A DNA stretch of 63,915 bases, the filler included, from Bigelowiella natans CCMP2755 (Eukaryota; Protista; Cercozoa): NCBI GenBank assembly GCA_000320545.1. It is 6 parts of 6 records of this genome, joined end to end, with 100 filler letters (N's around TTAATTAATTAA, not from the genome) between each part and the next. Parts side by side here need not be neighbours in the genome. Positions count along the whole stretch, not along the records: positions 26,766 to 56,182 come from ADNK01001150.1; positions 56,283 to 57,837 come from ADNK01003702.1; positions 57,938 to 61,617 come from ADNK01001766.1; positions 61,718 to 63,915 come from ADNK01000204.1; 2 more parts are not named here. One strand, 5' to 3'. Positions 51,445 through 63,915 of the stretch are shown here, piece by piece; positions within the stretch are counted from its first letter, which is position 1, and every line of letters starts with the position of its first letter. Made by a program: the position numbers and the translations under genes. The notes under the pieces are model-generated. The model saw nothing but the letters and a program-made list of their open reading frames with translations. It searched no databases and had not been told where the DNA came from.

Positions 51445-52538
51445 ATGAAATGCACGAAATGGCCATCATTGATCTAATCTACGTTAGGAGCAACAGCAGC
51501 TGACCTCGTGGAATTTATATCCAACTTGCTCCCCGCACCGTCGGCAGAACACATCTGCCATGTCAAAAGAACCTTGGGCTAAATCTCTCCCATGGACATT
51601 CCGAACCTCAAAACCACCCTATTATTGTTATCATTATTTATATTATTAATGATATTAATATTATATGGGAAGCAGCAGCAATCGTGCGAGTGTCACGACG
51701 ATATATAATAAACAATAAATATGTGACCGCAATTGGCTAGCTTTGCAACAACAGTGAAAACGATGATGATGATGGTGATGACGCTGATTCATTGATCTTG
51801 ATAATGATACCAACGAACGACCTTGTCGTCATATCATCAACCCATCAAAATAACCCTCTCACTTTCATGATCCAGCGCAATGAAAGTAGAGGGTAGGTGG
51901 GAGAATATGGTCTCATCTACATCTAGCTATTCATTCGTGCTTGGTGTCGTTCACACATCGACTATTCTATAGCCGAGGAAGGGGAAAGATGTGACTCTTG
52001 AGTAGTAAGTAAGGGGTGTGGGTGTTGAATTTCTGGCATGGTATTTTGCTTCTCGATTCACTCTATTCTCATACTATTTGCCCTGAATAGATCGAATGAA
52101 AAGTGTCGGCTCTTCTTCTTCCCCCCTCTTCTCTTCTTCCAAGACTGATGCCTATCATCATCATCATCATCATTGTTGTTGTCGCTACCCCTATCCTGCC
52201 CCAACCTTCGCCAAGCTATTCATGTAGCAAGCGGGTTCGTTAGGCCCGCTGCCAAATCCCCACCGTCTCCTGATGAATGGTGTGGGAATAATCAAAGATA
52301 ATGCTGTTTGTTCTGGCCTTCTGGCGTTACAATTGATATTTTGATGATTTATCATCACTTCTTCGATGTCGTAAAAAAATGACATAAAAAAGAAAGGGGC
52401 CCGGGTTATTACTAAAAGCACGTCTTCCTTCTGCCCCCTGTCCTCATAGATAGAGTCTCTTTCACCACCACTAGCTACAACGACGTCATAGGTGTCATCA
52501 CCACCATCATCATCACCATTATATTACATCTACTACTG

Positions 52539-52572
<34 letters not shown>

Positions 52573-54427
52573 CCGGTACAAAGGATTTGGTCCGAGTAGC
52601 TTAGAACATTCTCGCATTTTTTACATCTTAGCCGCACACGCGCGTTCTCGTTAACCTCCTCATCCCCCTCTTCCACCAAAGAGATGACGCGAAGATATCG
52701 CGTACCAAGTATCATCTCATCGGTTGCGACGCCGCCGAGGGGGATGGTTGCAGGAAGAGATGAAGAGGAGGAGGAGGAGAAGGCGCCTTGTATCATTGAT
52801 TCTACGTGATTAAACATGGCAAGAAGAAAAGTCACTAAGGAGATATTGTAGTAGGGTCGCCTACACAGACAATACACCAGGATTATTCGTAAGTAAACGA
52901 TGCAGTTATGATGGAGACATCCTCTTCACTGTTAATTTGCGGGGGGGGTAAAGGGGGAAGACGAAACAAAACATAGGATAGTACCACTGCGCGGTAGCTT
53001 CGCATCCCCCTTACCCTCAGAGTAAAGCTGATGATTTTCATTATGACGCAAGATGGGGGCGCTCATCCGCTCGCACCATCCATGGCTTGATATCTCCATC
53101 CAAGATACGAGGTTCGATACGCGCTTCACGTTAAGGCCTGTTGTTGTCGGGGGGGGGGGGGGGAAGTTAGCAACAGGAAGAGGAGACGAGAGAGTACACA
53201 AATTATAATTCATAACAGAGAGAACTCACTAGCCAGCGACGGTAAATACGAGAGAAGACGAAAGCATTCGAATGATTGAATATAAACAATTCTATTGCTG
53301 CTGCTACTGTTGCTCCTCCTCCTCCTCCACCTCCTCCTCCTCCTACTCCTACTTCTGATAGTAGTAACATCTACGACCAAGATAGATCTTGCAGCAAGAG
53401 CAACGAACTGTTTGTACATCATACCTACATTTCATATATACGCACACACTGTTCATATCAGCTATTAATGTCTTAAAGGGGTGAGGGGGAGCATAGCATT
53501 CGTTGCACGCGAACTATGCCTACTACTTCGAACAACTACTAGCAATAGTACTACTTCCAAGTCTCAGTGGTATCGGATTTGTAACGAAGTTGTCCAAATT
53601 GCACATTGCTGCAGTCTTTTACGTTGACAACCTACGAATTGGTACTGTGAGAGGAGTATAAATTCATATCATTATGTACAGCTGTGGGTACGGAGGACAG
53701 GTGTAATATCTTGTGAGCCAGATGCCTTGCGGAGAAAGCATGTAGGGCTCGAAACTCACTACCTCAACGCTATCACTGAGATCTACTTCAAAGTTCTCAT
53801 TGCTTCTTAGCTCGTTGGGGCGAAAGAGCCATGCTCCGCAAGCGCCACAGGTGATAACAGAATCAAACTTGCTCGCAGCAAGCTGAAAGCGGATGTTACT
53901 TCCTCGATGGTGGCGGCGATATATCTTTTTTCGCGGCTTTGAGAGCAGCTCGGAAAATACCCTCTTACGACGCCGATCTGCTTCCTGCTGAAGAAATCTC
54001 AAGTCTTTTCTGTTTTATTGCAGAAACGACATTTTTTACCAAGAGGGATACAAAGGGGTCAACTTGAAAATGAAATGAAGTATCACAATACGCGTGACTA
54101 TTTTCCATCAAAGGCGGGGTAATCTACACTTTATTTTCCTAACAGCCATAAGTCACCCAACAGTCTTATCACCAGCCAAGAAACTTGTTGTTTGTATGAT
54201 TTTCGGTCCATGGACACTACAATCAGATCCTATTTCCTAGTAGATCAGCATACGAAGGTGACGATGGGAAAATACCTTCCAAGGATCTGCCCGTCCGTGG
54301 AAGAGGGCACGTGCCAGATGAAGCGGAAGATAAATGCGCCTATTTGAGACAGGAGGCCTTTGCAAGATGTCATGATGCCCCCCCCTCTTCCAAGCGAAGA
54401 AGGGTCTCCAGCTGCTCGAATCTCCAT
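51084..54427 (-). CDS. Yippee/Mis18-like zinc-binding domain protein
   Basis: C-terminal LRCKKCENVLSYSDQILCT / RRRWGFGSGPNEPACYMNSL / DLAQGSFDMADVFCRRCGEQVGYKF / NENQQGRYGLVMSRLCI*, plus an N-terminal ITCGACGAWLF. Start uncertain. Confidence 0.7.
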
Positions 54428-54606
54428 GTTCTGATTATCTTTCCTATCATTAGGTATATATCATGAGGTAAGTGAGTGTGAGGAAGCTGAATCAAATGGG
54501 GCTCGAAATTTGTCCTCAAGTTGAAGGTCTTTTTGGTAAGATGAAAATAAAGGATGCTTTGTCCCGACGAGTACGTCCAAACTTTCCGAATCCCGGTTAA
54601 AAAAAT

Positions 54607-56182
54607 ATGACAGTGCTTCTTCGAACACGCGCTTTTTTTCGCTTGCAGCCCAACCTTCGAGGCAAAATCAATGCTCTAGAGCGAAGCAATACCGGAAGAG
54701 AGGCTTATCAGGCGGACAAAGATAGACGAAGTCCTGTGGCTGCCAAGGGATGGGGCGATCTTTGATGTTCGAAAAACATCGCCGTTTATTCTTAAGACTT
54801 AGACACTTTGCATGCTAGGCAAGGCTACTTTTGGGCTAAGAACAAGGCCAAAACTTCAATAAAATATGATTTTGCCGTGTACTTCACGGGTAGTACTCAC
54901 CTTTACGAAACTTCTGATCATTTGAAAGACGTAATATACCCCAAAATAGAGTGAGTAAATGCTGAAGTGCAGTCCAATTAATTTGTCTTTTCAGTTTCAT
55001 CTCCAATACAAACGAGGAAAAGCCCACTGCACAGTTGCTGGGCATACTCCTCAAAAACAAACCCCTCATAAAAATACGAGTCATTTAATTCGAATATAGT
55101 GAAATTTGGGATGTCGTTTGCATGTCTAGTCATCATTTTCCTGATATTTATGCGAAGCAACCCTCCATCGGAGCAATTTATTAGCAAAATGCGTTGTACG
55201 GAAGTGACGTCCAAGATAAATGCAGGAAACTACTGGAGCAAGCAAGTTGCAGCCGGTGCTTCTGGAATGTGTGGAACAGATTTCAGGTGAATTTCCCTTT
55301 GCGACAACTATTTTATTTATTATTCTGCTACATAATAAATCTTGCTTGAGCTTTGCTGAAAACATAACCCACACATGCCCAACCTCCCCTGAATCCCACC
55401 CCCCTTCCGAGTTCCGAGCTGGGATCTATGCTGTTTATAGCCATAGTTACCCTGATTTCGTCGGCGGGGAGTTCATCTTCAACTCAGTCATTTTATGCTA
55501 GAATGGTTAAGGGGAATCATTATGCTAAAAGAGTGTCGAGTGCCCCCCCCTACAGCTCTTATTTCGAAACGGCAACGCCAAGACGAACCCGGCAACAACA
55601 GCTATACCAATCCTCCATCCGACGCCATTGTGATGGCAGAAGCGGTTTCACGATTTATTATCTCCTTCAATTTTGAACAAAATCCACTAAAAATTTACCC
55701 TGCTTCCTTCGATGTCTAGGAGCTGGCAGAGCCGGAGAGGAAAGGGAGGGAGGAGGGCGGATGCAGCAATATCTTTCAGGGATTGGCGTTCGTTCGTCGG
55801 CCAAAATCGTGACAAAGTATCCGCAGCAACATTATCATCATCGACGTCGTTGTCGTCATTATCATCATCACCATCATTAATAGCATCGCATTCTTAAAAT
55901 TGTCAAAAATTAGATTTCCAAACATCGGAAAGCTCACTCCCGAAAACGCGGAATCCAAAGTCAAGTTCCTTCGATCCATTGGCATTGAAGAGGCCTACAG
56001 GGCAATTGAGGCAATATATCATAATGCCGCATTTTAGATTTGAACAGTTATTTTTGTGTTCTCATCGTAATTATATCCCTCCTTCTCTTCTCTTCTTCTT
56101 CTTCTTCTTCTTCTTCTTCTTCTTCTTCTTCTTCTGCTTCTTCTTCTGCATTAGGCGTATCCTCAATTGCTCGGACTGAGAG
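54607..56182 (+). CDS. Hypothetical spliced protein, 5' part, truncated by linker (weak mTERF-like segment)
   Basis: MTVLLRTRAFFRLQP start divergent from the neighbouring gene; exon FPNIGKLTPENAESKVKFLRSIGIEE. Confidence 0.3.
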
Positions 56183-56282
56183 NNNNNNNNNNNNNNNNNN
56201 NNNNNNNNNNNNNNNNNNNNNNNNNNTTAATTAATTAANNNNNNNNNNNNNNNNNNNNNNNNNNNNNNNNNNNNNNNNNNNN
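56183..56282. other. Artificial contig linker
   Basis: N44-TTAATTAATTAA-N44. Confidence 0.98.
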
Positions 56283-56356
56283 ACCGGACCGACCCGACCG
56301 ACCGTAACCGTTACCCCCCCTACCCCCCCCCCCTACCCCCCCCCCCTACCCCCCAC

Positions 56357-56393
<37 letters not shown>

Positions 56394-56499
56394 AAGAACG
56401 ACTGTCTACTGATCTCGTAGCTTAGTGTTACAGCATGGGCCTTTTACCACTGCCACCCCCTCCATCCATCATCACCACGTAATAAAGCGACTGCTACCT

Positions 56500-56720
56500 G
56501 CGCGATTCGGTGCCTCTTCGTGTGCGGGAGCTGATAGATGCCCTTTCTATTCATCACCAGGAGATCTACCGACGATAATGATGATGTTGGAGATCGTGGT
56601 AACAATCGCTAGAATGATGATGATGGTGTGTTCTGCAGTGGACGGAGGTTGGCCCGAGGGGGTCGCTTGATTGATGTTGTAGCATCAGTGACACGCATGC
56701 GCGCACACACACACACACAC

Positions 56721-56760
<40 letters not shown>

Positions 56761-56959
56761 GTCTGCGGGTGGCATCTTTTCCTCGCAACGATTCATCAAC
56801 GCTATCAGCCTCCACCACCATCCCAACGAGGTCTTTCCTACCAGTGATGAGGAAGCGCGGCTTCTTCTCCACCACCCCCCCTCCTTTCTCAATGACGTCC
56901 ACAACGAGCTCTCCTGAGGGGAGGCAAGAGCAGATGTGAGAATATGTATGGGTGGAAAC

Positions 56960-56999
<40 letters not shown>

Positions 57000-57169
57000 G
57001 AGTGAGTGTGTGTGAGTGTGTGTGTATATTTCTTAGCAGCAACGTCATCATCACCACCATCGCACCTTTGCACAGCCAACCCCTCAAGCGATCCGTCGTG
57101 TTCTTCCTGAGGGAGGGAGGAGCAAAGAGTGTTGAAAAGATGATGAGTTTGGGGGGGGGGAGGGGTGGT

Positions 57170-57214
<45 letters not shown>

Positions 57215-57395
57215 AGATGGTGATGATGCCGCAGGTGCTGTCGGTCGTCGCATGAAGAAGAAGAAGAAGAAGAAGAAGAAGAAGAAGAAGAAGGAGGGGA
57301 AGGAGGAAGAGGAGAAAGGACCTGTGTCGGAACTCAAGTTTAGGCACGTTGTAGCACGCCAAGCTTTCGTCGACGACGAAGCAGCCCTCCTGAGG
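56500..57395 (-). CDS. Hypothetical gene fragment, possibly BRCT-like
   Basis: Exon-like pieces EGCFVVDESLACYNV and ELVVDVIEKGGGVVEKKPRFLITG. Only loose resemblance to BRCT. Confidence 0.3.
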
Positions 57396-57517
57396 AATGA
57401 TGGAACAACATGCATTTCACATCGCATCACATCATTGTCCTTGATGATGGAACAACACGCATTTCACATCACATCACATCACATCATCGTCCTTACACAC
57501 GCACACACGCACACACG

Positions 57518-57549
<32 letters not shown>

Positions 57550-57837
57550 AATCATCAACCCGCACACGAGAAGCAATAGGAAGGAAAACAAACACAGCGT
57601 GTACAAGCGCAAACACCAGTACGCTAGCATGAGCACCAGCACCCACGATCTAGCAATGGTGCTGCTACTGGCCAAGCGCAAAAGATAGACTGACTGACTG
57701 ACTGACTGACTGACTGGCTACCTTCAAAATCAACAGGTAGAGGCAGGGCGCCTTGGGCAGCCTACAGTTAGCACCATCACACAGCGCAATTGTGTTACAC
57801 TTGCAACGAGGAAAATGAGAGAGAGAGAGGAGGGGGA

Positions 57838-57937
57838 NNNNNNNNNNNNNNNNNNNNNNNNNNNNNNNNNNNNNNNNNNNNTTAATTAATTAANNNNNNN
57901 NNNNNNNNNNNNNNNNNNNNNNNNNNNNNNNNNNNNN
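57838..57937. other. Artificial contig linker
   Basis: N44-TTAATTAATTAA-N44. Confidence 0.98.
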
Positions 57938-58157
57938 AGTCGGTGGGTGATAACGCCTTGCCCCAGCGAGTTAAATTGGGCAAATAGCTATTATACACAC
58001 AGAACCAACTGTGTTTTTTGTAGGAGGAATTGAAGGGCAAATTAAACAGCTAAACCCAGGTTTCTCCAGCGTTGCTGACTCTTGCCGCAAAGATCGCCCG
58101 GCATTTGTTTTTTATTCTGGGCAACCACCCGTTTAAAAAAGGGTTTGGGGTTTAACA

Positions 58158-58189
<32 letters not shown>

Positions 58190-58599
58190 ATATCATTATA
58201 TCATATACTAATGCAGATCCCATCGTGCTTTCCAAGACCAAGAGATTTGGAAATTTTCCCTTTCCCCCCCCCCACCTTGGGAGCAAAACCCCCAATTTTT
58301 TTTTCCCCCTCCTCTCTCCCCCCCCTCCCCTCCCCCCCCCCCCCCCCTCCCCCCCAAAAAAAAGACTCTCTCTCTCTCTCTCTTTTTTGCATCAGCGTGG
58401 CAGCAGATTATTTATGATGTTGATTCGGATCTTTTGGAGGGGGATAAAGGAAGGGGTGCAGTGAGAGAACACAGCATACAGAAGGGGGGTTTTGCCGTCG
58501 TGGTCGCGCTCCTCCAGAAACTCCTAGGAATAACACAAATATTATAATTTAAAAAATATTATCTATTTACATATATATATATATATATATATATATGGA

Positions 58600-58706
58600 G
58601 AAATAATACTCGACGAAATGACCTTTATGACAAGCACGCCTCTCTTTATCACCCCCTCAATCTGCAAGATATTTTCAGTGCAGCAAACGACGAGGATAAG
58701 CTAATG

Positions 58707-58739
<33 letters not shown>

Positions 58740-59393
58740 CACAAACACGCACAATAGCATATGCATTATATCTGTTTCACCTTCTTTGTAGCTTTCTCGC
58801 CGCTGCTAAGGAGGAAGTGCAGGAAGTTTGGGGCTTGCCGCACCTTCAAATAAAAAATCGCGAGAATTCAGCACACTCACACAAGAGCCAGGTACAATCT
58901 CACCATCAACGACGTGACGCATCGAAACCCCTCCCTCACATCCCTCCTCCCCCCCTTCCAACAAACATGAATGATGATAATGATAATAACTGTAGTAGTA
59001 ATAATAATAATAATGATGATGATAAGAACTATAATAGTAATAATAGTAACAATGATGGTGATGATGATGATGATGATGACGCCAACAAGGAGAAGACTTT
59101 CTGTGATCAATCCTTACCTGCGTGTTGGCATCGTCGCCACCCCGATATGCCTTGGTTCTTTCCGCTAGCCGTGTTTGGTCAGCAAGGTACTCTATGCTCT
59201 CGATGCTACACGTACTCTGGTGGTAAGTCACGATTTGGTATTATCAGAGGGAGAGGAAGAAGAAGAAGAAGAAGAAGAAGAAGAGGTACAACGCAAAACC
59301 AGCATGTACTTAATATGTGAAATGTACCGATGAAACTCTCGTTTTCTCTATCCCCTCCCCCCCTTCCTCTCCTATATCTCCTGCTTATTTTTC

Positions 59394-59451
<58 letters not shown>

Positions 59452-59611
59452 CCTCTCGGCTCCCTTTCTTCTCTTTCTCCCGTGTCTTCTTCTCACCTCT
59501 TGGCAAGCGATTTGTAAGGCCGTCATCCCAGGAGACCCCGCGCCCGGCATAGGAGAAGAAGGAGAGGTTCCAACAGACTCCCTCCTTCCTCTCGAAGCGA
59601 ATAACCGTTGA
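58600..59611 (+). CDS. Hypothetical protein, 3' exons (Asn/Asp-rich linker, Cys/His-containing segment)
   Basis: ORF 58817-59320 with FCDQSLPACWHRRHPDMPWFFPLAVFGQQGTLCSRCY. Probable last exon QAICKAVIPGDP..NNR*. Confidence 0.35.
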
Positions 59612-59642
59612 CTTCTCCCAACCCCTGCATGAGGGCATAAAC

Positions 59643-59828
59643 TTAGAACACGCGCTCCGTCGTCTCAGCTTTCAGATCGAAACACACAACACTTCCCGAA
59701 CCTGGGGAGGGCCTCTGGGCGCGAGCGTTAGGAGCTGCGGATGTTTCTATAAGTGCCATTTCAGGATGGCGCTGATGGTTGCGAAGGGACGAGTAGTGAG
59801 AGAATGATGGGGATATTGACGATGACGA

Positions 59829-59859
<31 letters not shown>

Positions 59860-59961
59860 GGTGGTATTATTGAGCGCGAAGCGTCTTCTCTCACTTTGAC
59901 CATATCACACTACGCAGAATGCCGTCAAAGCTCATTTCCACTCCGGCTCCTCCTCCTCCTC

Positions 59962-59993
<32 letters not shown>

Positions 59994-60624
59994 ACTACTG
60001 TTACTCCTAATACTACTACTACTAATACTACTACTAATAATAATAATAATGATAATAATCCGATTACCCGAAGGATTTGCTCTATGGCCAACGTATGGCC
60101 GTTGCTAGCCGCGTAGTGTATTGCGCACCTATTTTCAAACCCGATCCACGCAAACACGCAAACAGGCAAACACGTTAAAAATTATTACATGTGCTTATTG
60201 CAACGCTTGCATGGGGTTTGTGGGTGTGTTTCCCTTCCCGGGGGGTTTTTGATCCGGGTGCCCTGACGCCCCATCTTCCCCATCACATGCTTTCAATGAA
60301 TTGAGAAGGAGAGGAGAAGGAGGGGGGAGGTCCGTGCAAGACAGGGAAAGTCATCAAAATTGTCCATTTTATACCACTCATTACCCCCCCCCCCCCCCCT
60401 CTAACACACACACACACACACACACGCTGCATATGTTCTTCCGAAATCACGTATATTAAATAATGTCGTATTAATTCATAGATCGATAGATATTATAATT
60501 AGCGAACAAAAAATAACACATGTACATTTCAAGGATATATGGAAATGTACCCACCATTTTTGCAGATCTCAGTTTGCCTCTCTTCTCCTCTATATACAGC
60601 GAGAATGGCAAAACACATACACAC

Positions 60625-60664
<40 letters not shown>

Positions 60665-60670
60665 GTTATA

Positions 60671-60712
<42 letters not shown>

Positions 60713-60847
60713 ATGTGCGCGTGGCCATCAAACATCAGCATCACCGCCACCATCATCACCTTGCTCCGCATGCTCTAATAGCATCCGCACCATCATGCTG
60801 CCTGATACACGGAAAACATCAGTACGATTTTAGCAGAAATTACGAGC

Positions 60848-60896
<49 letters not shown>

Positions 60897-61030
60897 ACAC
60901 ATATATAGTTTTGAACATGAGAATGATGGTTTTTTTTATCCTCGTGACTAGTTGTCATTTCTGCCAATGCGACTTACTTTTGACGGAATCCTGCACGCAA
61001 CACGCCGCATGCAGCGCGGTGTAAACCTAC
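59643..61030 (-). CDS. Ankyrin-repeat protein fragment (3' exons)
   Basis: YTALHAACC (about 61000), MMVRMLLEHAE (about 60780), RCAIHYAASNGHTLAIEQILR (about 60100). Confidence 0.65.
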
Positions 61031-61127
61031 AAAATACACATGTCCATCCGCACATATTTTATACCACATGAAACATTCAGGAGAAAAATAATAAATATAA
61101 AAAATAAATTGAATATATATATATATG

Positions 61128-61164
<37 letters not shown>

Positions 61165-61617
61165 TTAGTATATATGCTTATTTATATATTCTATGGGTGT
61201 GTTTGTGTATAACACGTATATGCTGCATGTTGTGTGTGTATGCGCGTGTGTGTGTTGTGTGTGTTGTGTGTATATGCATGTATGTGGTATATGGCGTCTT
61301 TAGGTTGTAGACAACGAAGGGCGTGAATGATGCCCTGAGTTTGGGTCAATTTATACACATATAGAGGAGGAGGAGGAGGAGGCTCTCACCCTTTTCCTCT
61401 CGTTGGCTGGCCACACTTGTACCACTCTGCAAGTTCCAATGCAATATTGCATATATGCGTATGAATATACGTGTATGTGTGTGTGTGTGCGTGTGTGTGT
61501 GTGTGCTATCACACCCTATCTAGCATCATCATGTACGATCGTCGAGAAAGAGAGAGACACACCGCCTCCCCCCCTTCGAGCCTCCCTTGGTGCTCTCCTG
61601 CTATTATTATTACTATT

Positions 61618-61717
61618 NNNNNNNNNNNNNNNNNNNNNNNNNNNNNNNNNNNNNNNNNNNNTTAATTAATTAANNNNNNNNNNNNNNNNNNNNNNNNNNN
61701 NNNNNNNNNNNNNNNNN
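61618..61717. other. Artificial contig linker
   Basis: N44-TTAATTAATTAA-N44. Confidence 0.98.
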
Positions 61718-62272
61718 CGCCTTTTTTTCCTTTTCCCGACCCCGTTTTTTTTTTTTTTCACAGAAAAAAAAAAAAAAGGGCACAAAAGAAACAAAAGGAC
61801 CAGCCATTTCCGAAAATCCTATTTGCCGGCTCGAAAAATTGGGGGGGAAAGACAAAAGGGAAATTCCTTTTTTCCATTTGCGGTGGGAAGATCCCATAAA
61901 AGGGGGAAGGGTGGGGGGGGGGGGGGGGGGGCACGCAACACTGCTCGTGGCATGAAACGGGCATACATAAACAAACACATAAACACACACAACGTGCATA
62001 CTCGCAGATATGCTTTATTCAATGCTTCTGATAGGGCCTCCTCTCTGTCTCTAACGCTCTTCCGAATAACACATTAGTCTCAGAATGCCGCGCGCGTGGG
62101 GGCATCCGGTGTCTGCCTGGCCTTGGCGCTGCTGTACTACTTTTCACTACTTCACAAGCCAGACCGATCAATATATTAATAATGTTGCTACATTGTCGCT
62201 CGTAGCCGAGCGCACCTTGACGTTGCAACAGAAAAGATAGCGTACTCTGCGACACGCAGCCTGACGGCCATC

Positions 62273-62305
<33 letters not shown>

Positions 62306-62515
62306 GTAGATGATCCGCCCCGTTTGGATTGATTACTAGTTATTCGTAGCGACTTGCCCATATCTCACTGCCTCCCATCACTGGAATGAAGGGGACACTA
62401 ATCTTCTTCTTTTTCCACTACGTCTTCTCCCTCTTCTCCTTGCTACTACTTCCAGCAACAATCTGATTGCGGCACTTGCGGGGCACTCGTTGATTCTGTT
62501 CTCCTCTGTCTTACA

Positions 62516-62804
62516 GATCAGAGTCGTAAATGAGCTCCAGGTGTGTGTTGTTGCTGCTGCTGCTGCTGCTGCCGCCTCCTTTCATGCCGTCTCCCCCATG
62601 TTGTCCTTCTGTCGTTCATGGGAAAGATTGTTTGCGCGAGTGTGTGTCGTGTGCGTGTGTATTTGAGGAGATGTTTGTCTTCTTCTTTTTTATCTACCCT
62701 GCAGAGACGACGCCAAGCTATCTGGGACTCCAAGAGGGCCAGGGGGGAAGAGGTGGAAATTAGCATAGTCAAATAGTATTATGTCTCGACCATAACTGAG
62801 TGAT

Positions 62805-62851
<47 letters not shown>

Positions 62852-63037
62852 AAGGTAAACGAGAGGGAGGACCATTCATGGGCAATAGGTATGTTGCTCG
62901 CTTGTGCTCGTCGATATAGCAGCATTTTGCATGCAGGCTGTTAGCGGCTATGAGATGGGTAAGGCACGACATTTCTATGACGCCATTTTGTGCAGGCCTC
63001 TCCTCCCGGTCAAACTCAGTGGCGACGATGAAGGTAG

Positions 63038-63072
<35 letters not shown>

Positions 63073-63398
63073 ATGTGTGAATGTGTGCGCGTGAGCTTGA
63101 AAGTCTTCGTAGCAATACCCCACCAACAAAACTTGCAATATATACACAGGAAATCTACAAGAAGATGATGATATTCCACGAGATGAAGGATCGCATGAAG
63201 CAGCAAGAGGACAGTGGCTCGGCCGCGTCTATCGAGAGGAGGCGAGCTATGGTGATGATGATGACGAGGGAGTCCATTCGTACAATCCACCATGCGTCCC
63301 ATCAGCAGAAACAGAAGAAGCAGCACCAGGGCCATGAGCAGCGGCTAGCAGCGACGACGATGGAGACGTTCCTGTGGGCCATGTATCGGTACGACTGA
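62516..63398 (+). CDS. Hypothetical helical/coiled-coil protein, 3' exons
   Basis: Short exon-like pieces ending in EIYKKMMIFHEMKDRMKQQE...ETFLWAMYRYD*. Confidence 0.3.
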
Positions 63399-63711
63399 CA
63401 CCAGACTGGAAAGGGGAGTGGGGGAGGGGGGGGGGGGCTGGGAGAGGGATTAAAAAGATGCTGTAGATGCATTTTTAGCTTAAAAATCAGAACCATGTAT
63501 GAAAGAGATATCGTCCAACAAGTGTGTGTGTGTGTGTGTGCGCGCTCACATCGCCATATCTGTTTCGCACTGCCACAGCTTCGTTTGGCGACTATGCGTG
63601 CTACACTCGAACAAGGCCCTTTTCGCGGTGCGTGAGACGATAAATCTTAGTGTATAAGAATTGAAAATAAAAAATTCGTCCGGTGCAACAGGGGGAACGT
63701 CATCATATAAA

Positions 63712-63755
<44 letters not shown>

Positions 63756-63915
63756 TGTATGTGTGGTGTGTTAAATTACATTATATTATTTGTGCATGCT
63801 TCAATCTCCTCGTTCGTTGATTCGTGCCTCCATGTAATACGCAGATGATGTTTTGGGTATCGGCGACGAACGTGTCAATGTACGTAGCACGGGGGGGGGG
63901 CTGAATGCTGTCCGC

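Overview
Eukaryotic, intron-rich, microsatellite-laden nuclear DNA from a probably flagellated protist (CEP76 is present; the lineage cannot be fixed from sequence alone). Five artificial N44-TTAATTAATTAA-N44 linkers split the window into six contigs, so adjacency across linkers is not evidence. Recognisable genes: CEP76 (3' part), a RAD5/16-type SNF2 ATPase, a one-repeat-per-exon ankyrin gene, a degenerate tyrosine kinase, a tandem tRNA-Asn/tRNA-Leu pair, a CHD remodeller (5' part), a SEA-domain mucin-like membrane protein, the last exon of an Asn-tRNA synthetase, a DGQHR-domain protein, a secreted transglutaminase-like protein, an intronless TGS1-like methyltransferase, a hAT transposase relic, an Asp/Asn beta-hydroxylase, an LSMT-type SET protein, a Yippee-domain protein and a second ankyrin fragment. 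Two signals stand out. (1) Discrete tracts covering pseudogenes, a transposon relic and repeats have lost almost all TpA, apparently by TA->TG/CA change, with CTAG spared and CpG retained. This looks like a RIP-like but A:T->G:C, TpA-directed hypermutation process. (2) The ankyrin gene is an array of symmetric phase-1 exon cassettes with near-identical introns and variable binding faces. Exon models were read by eye and dinucleotide statements are visual, not computed.
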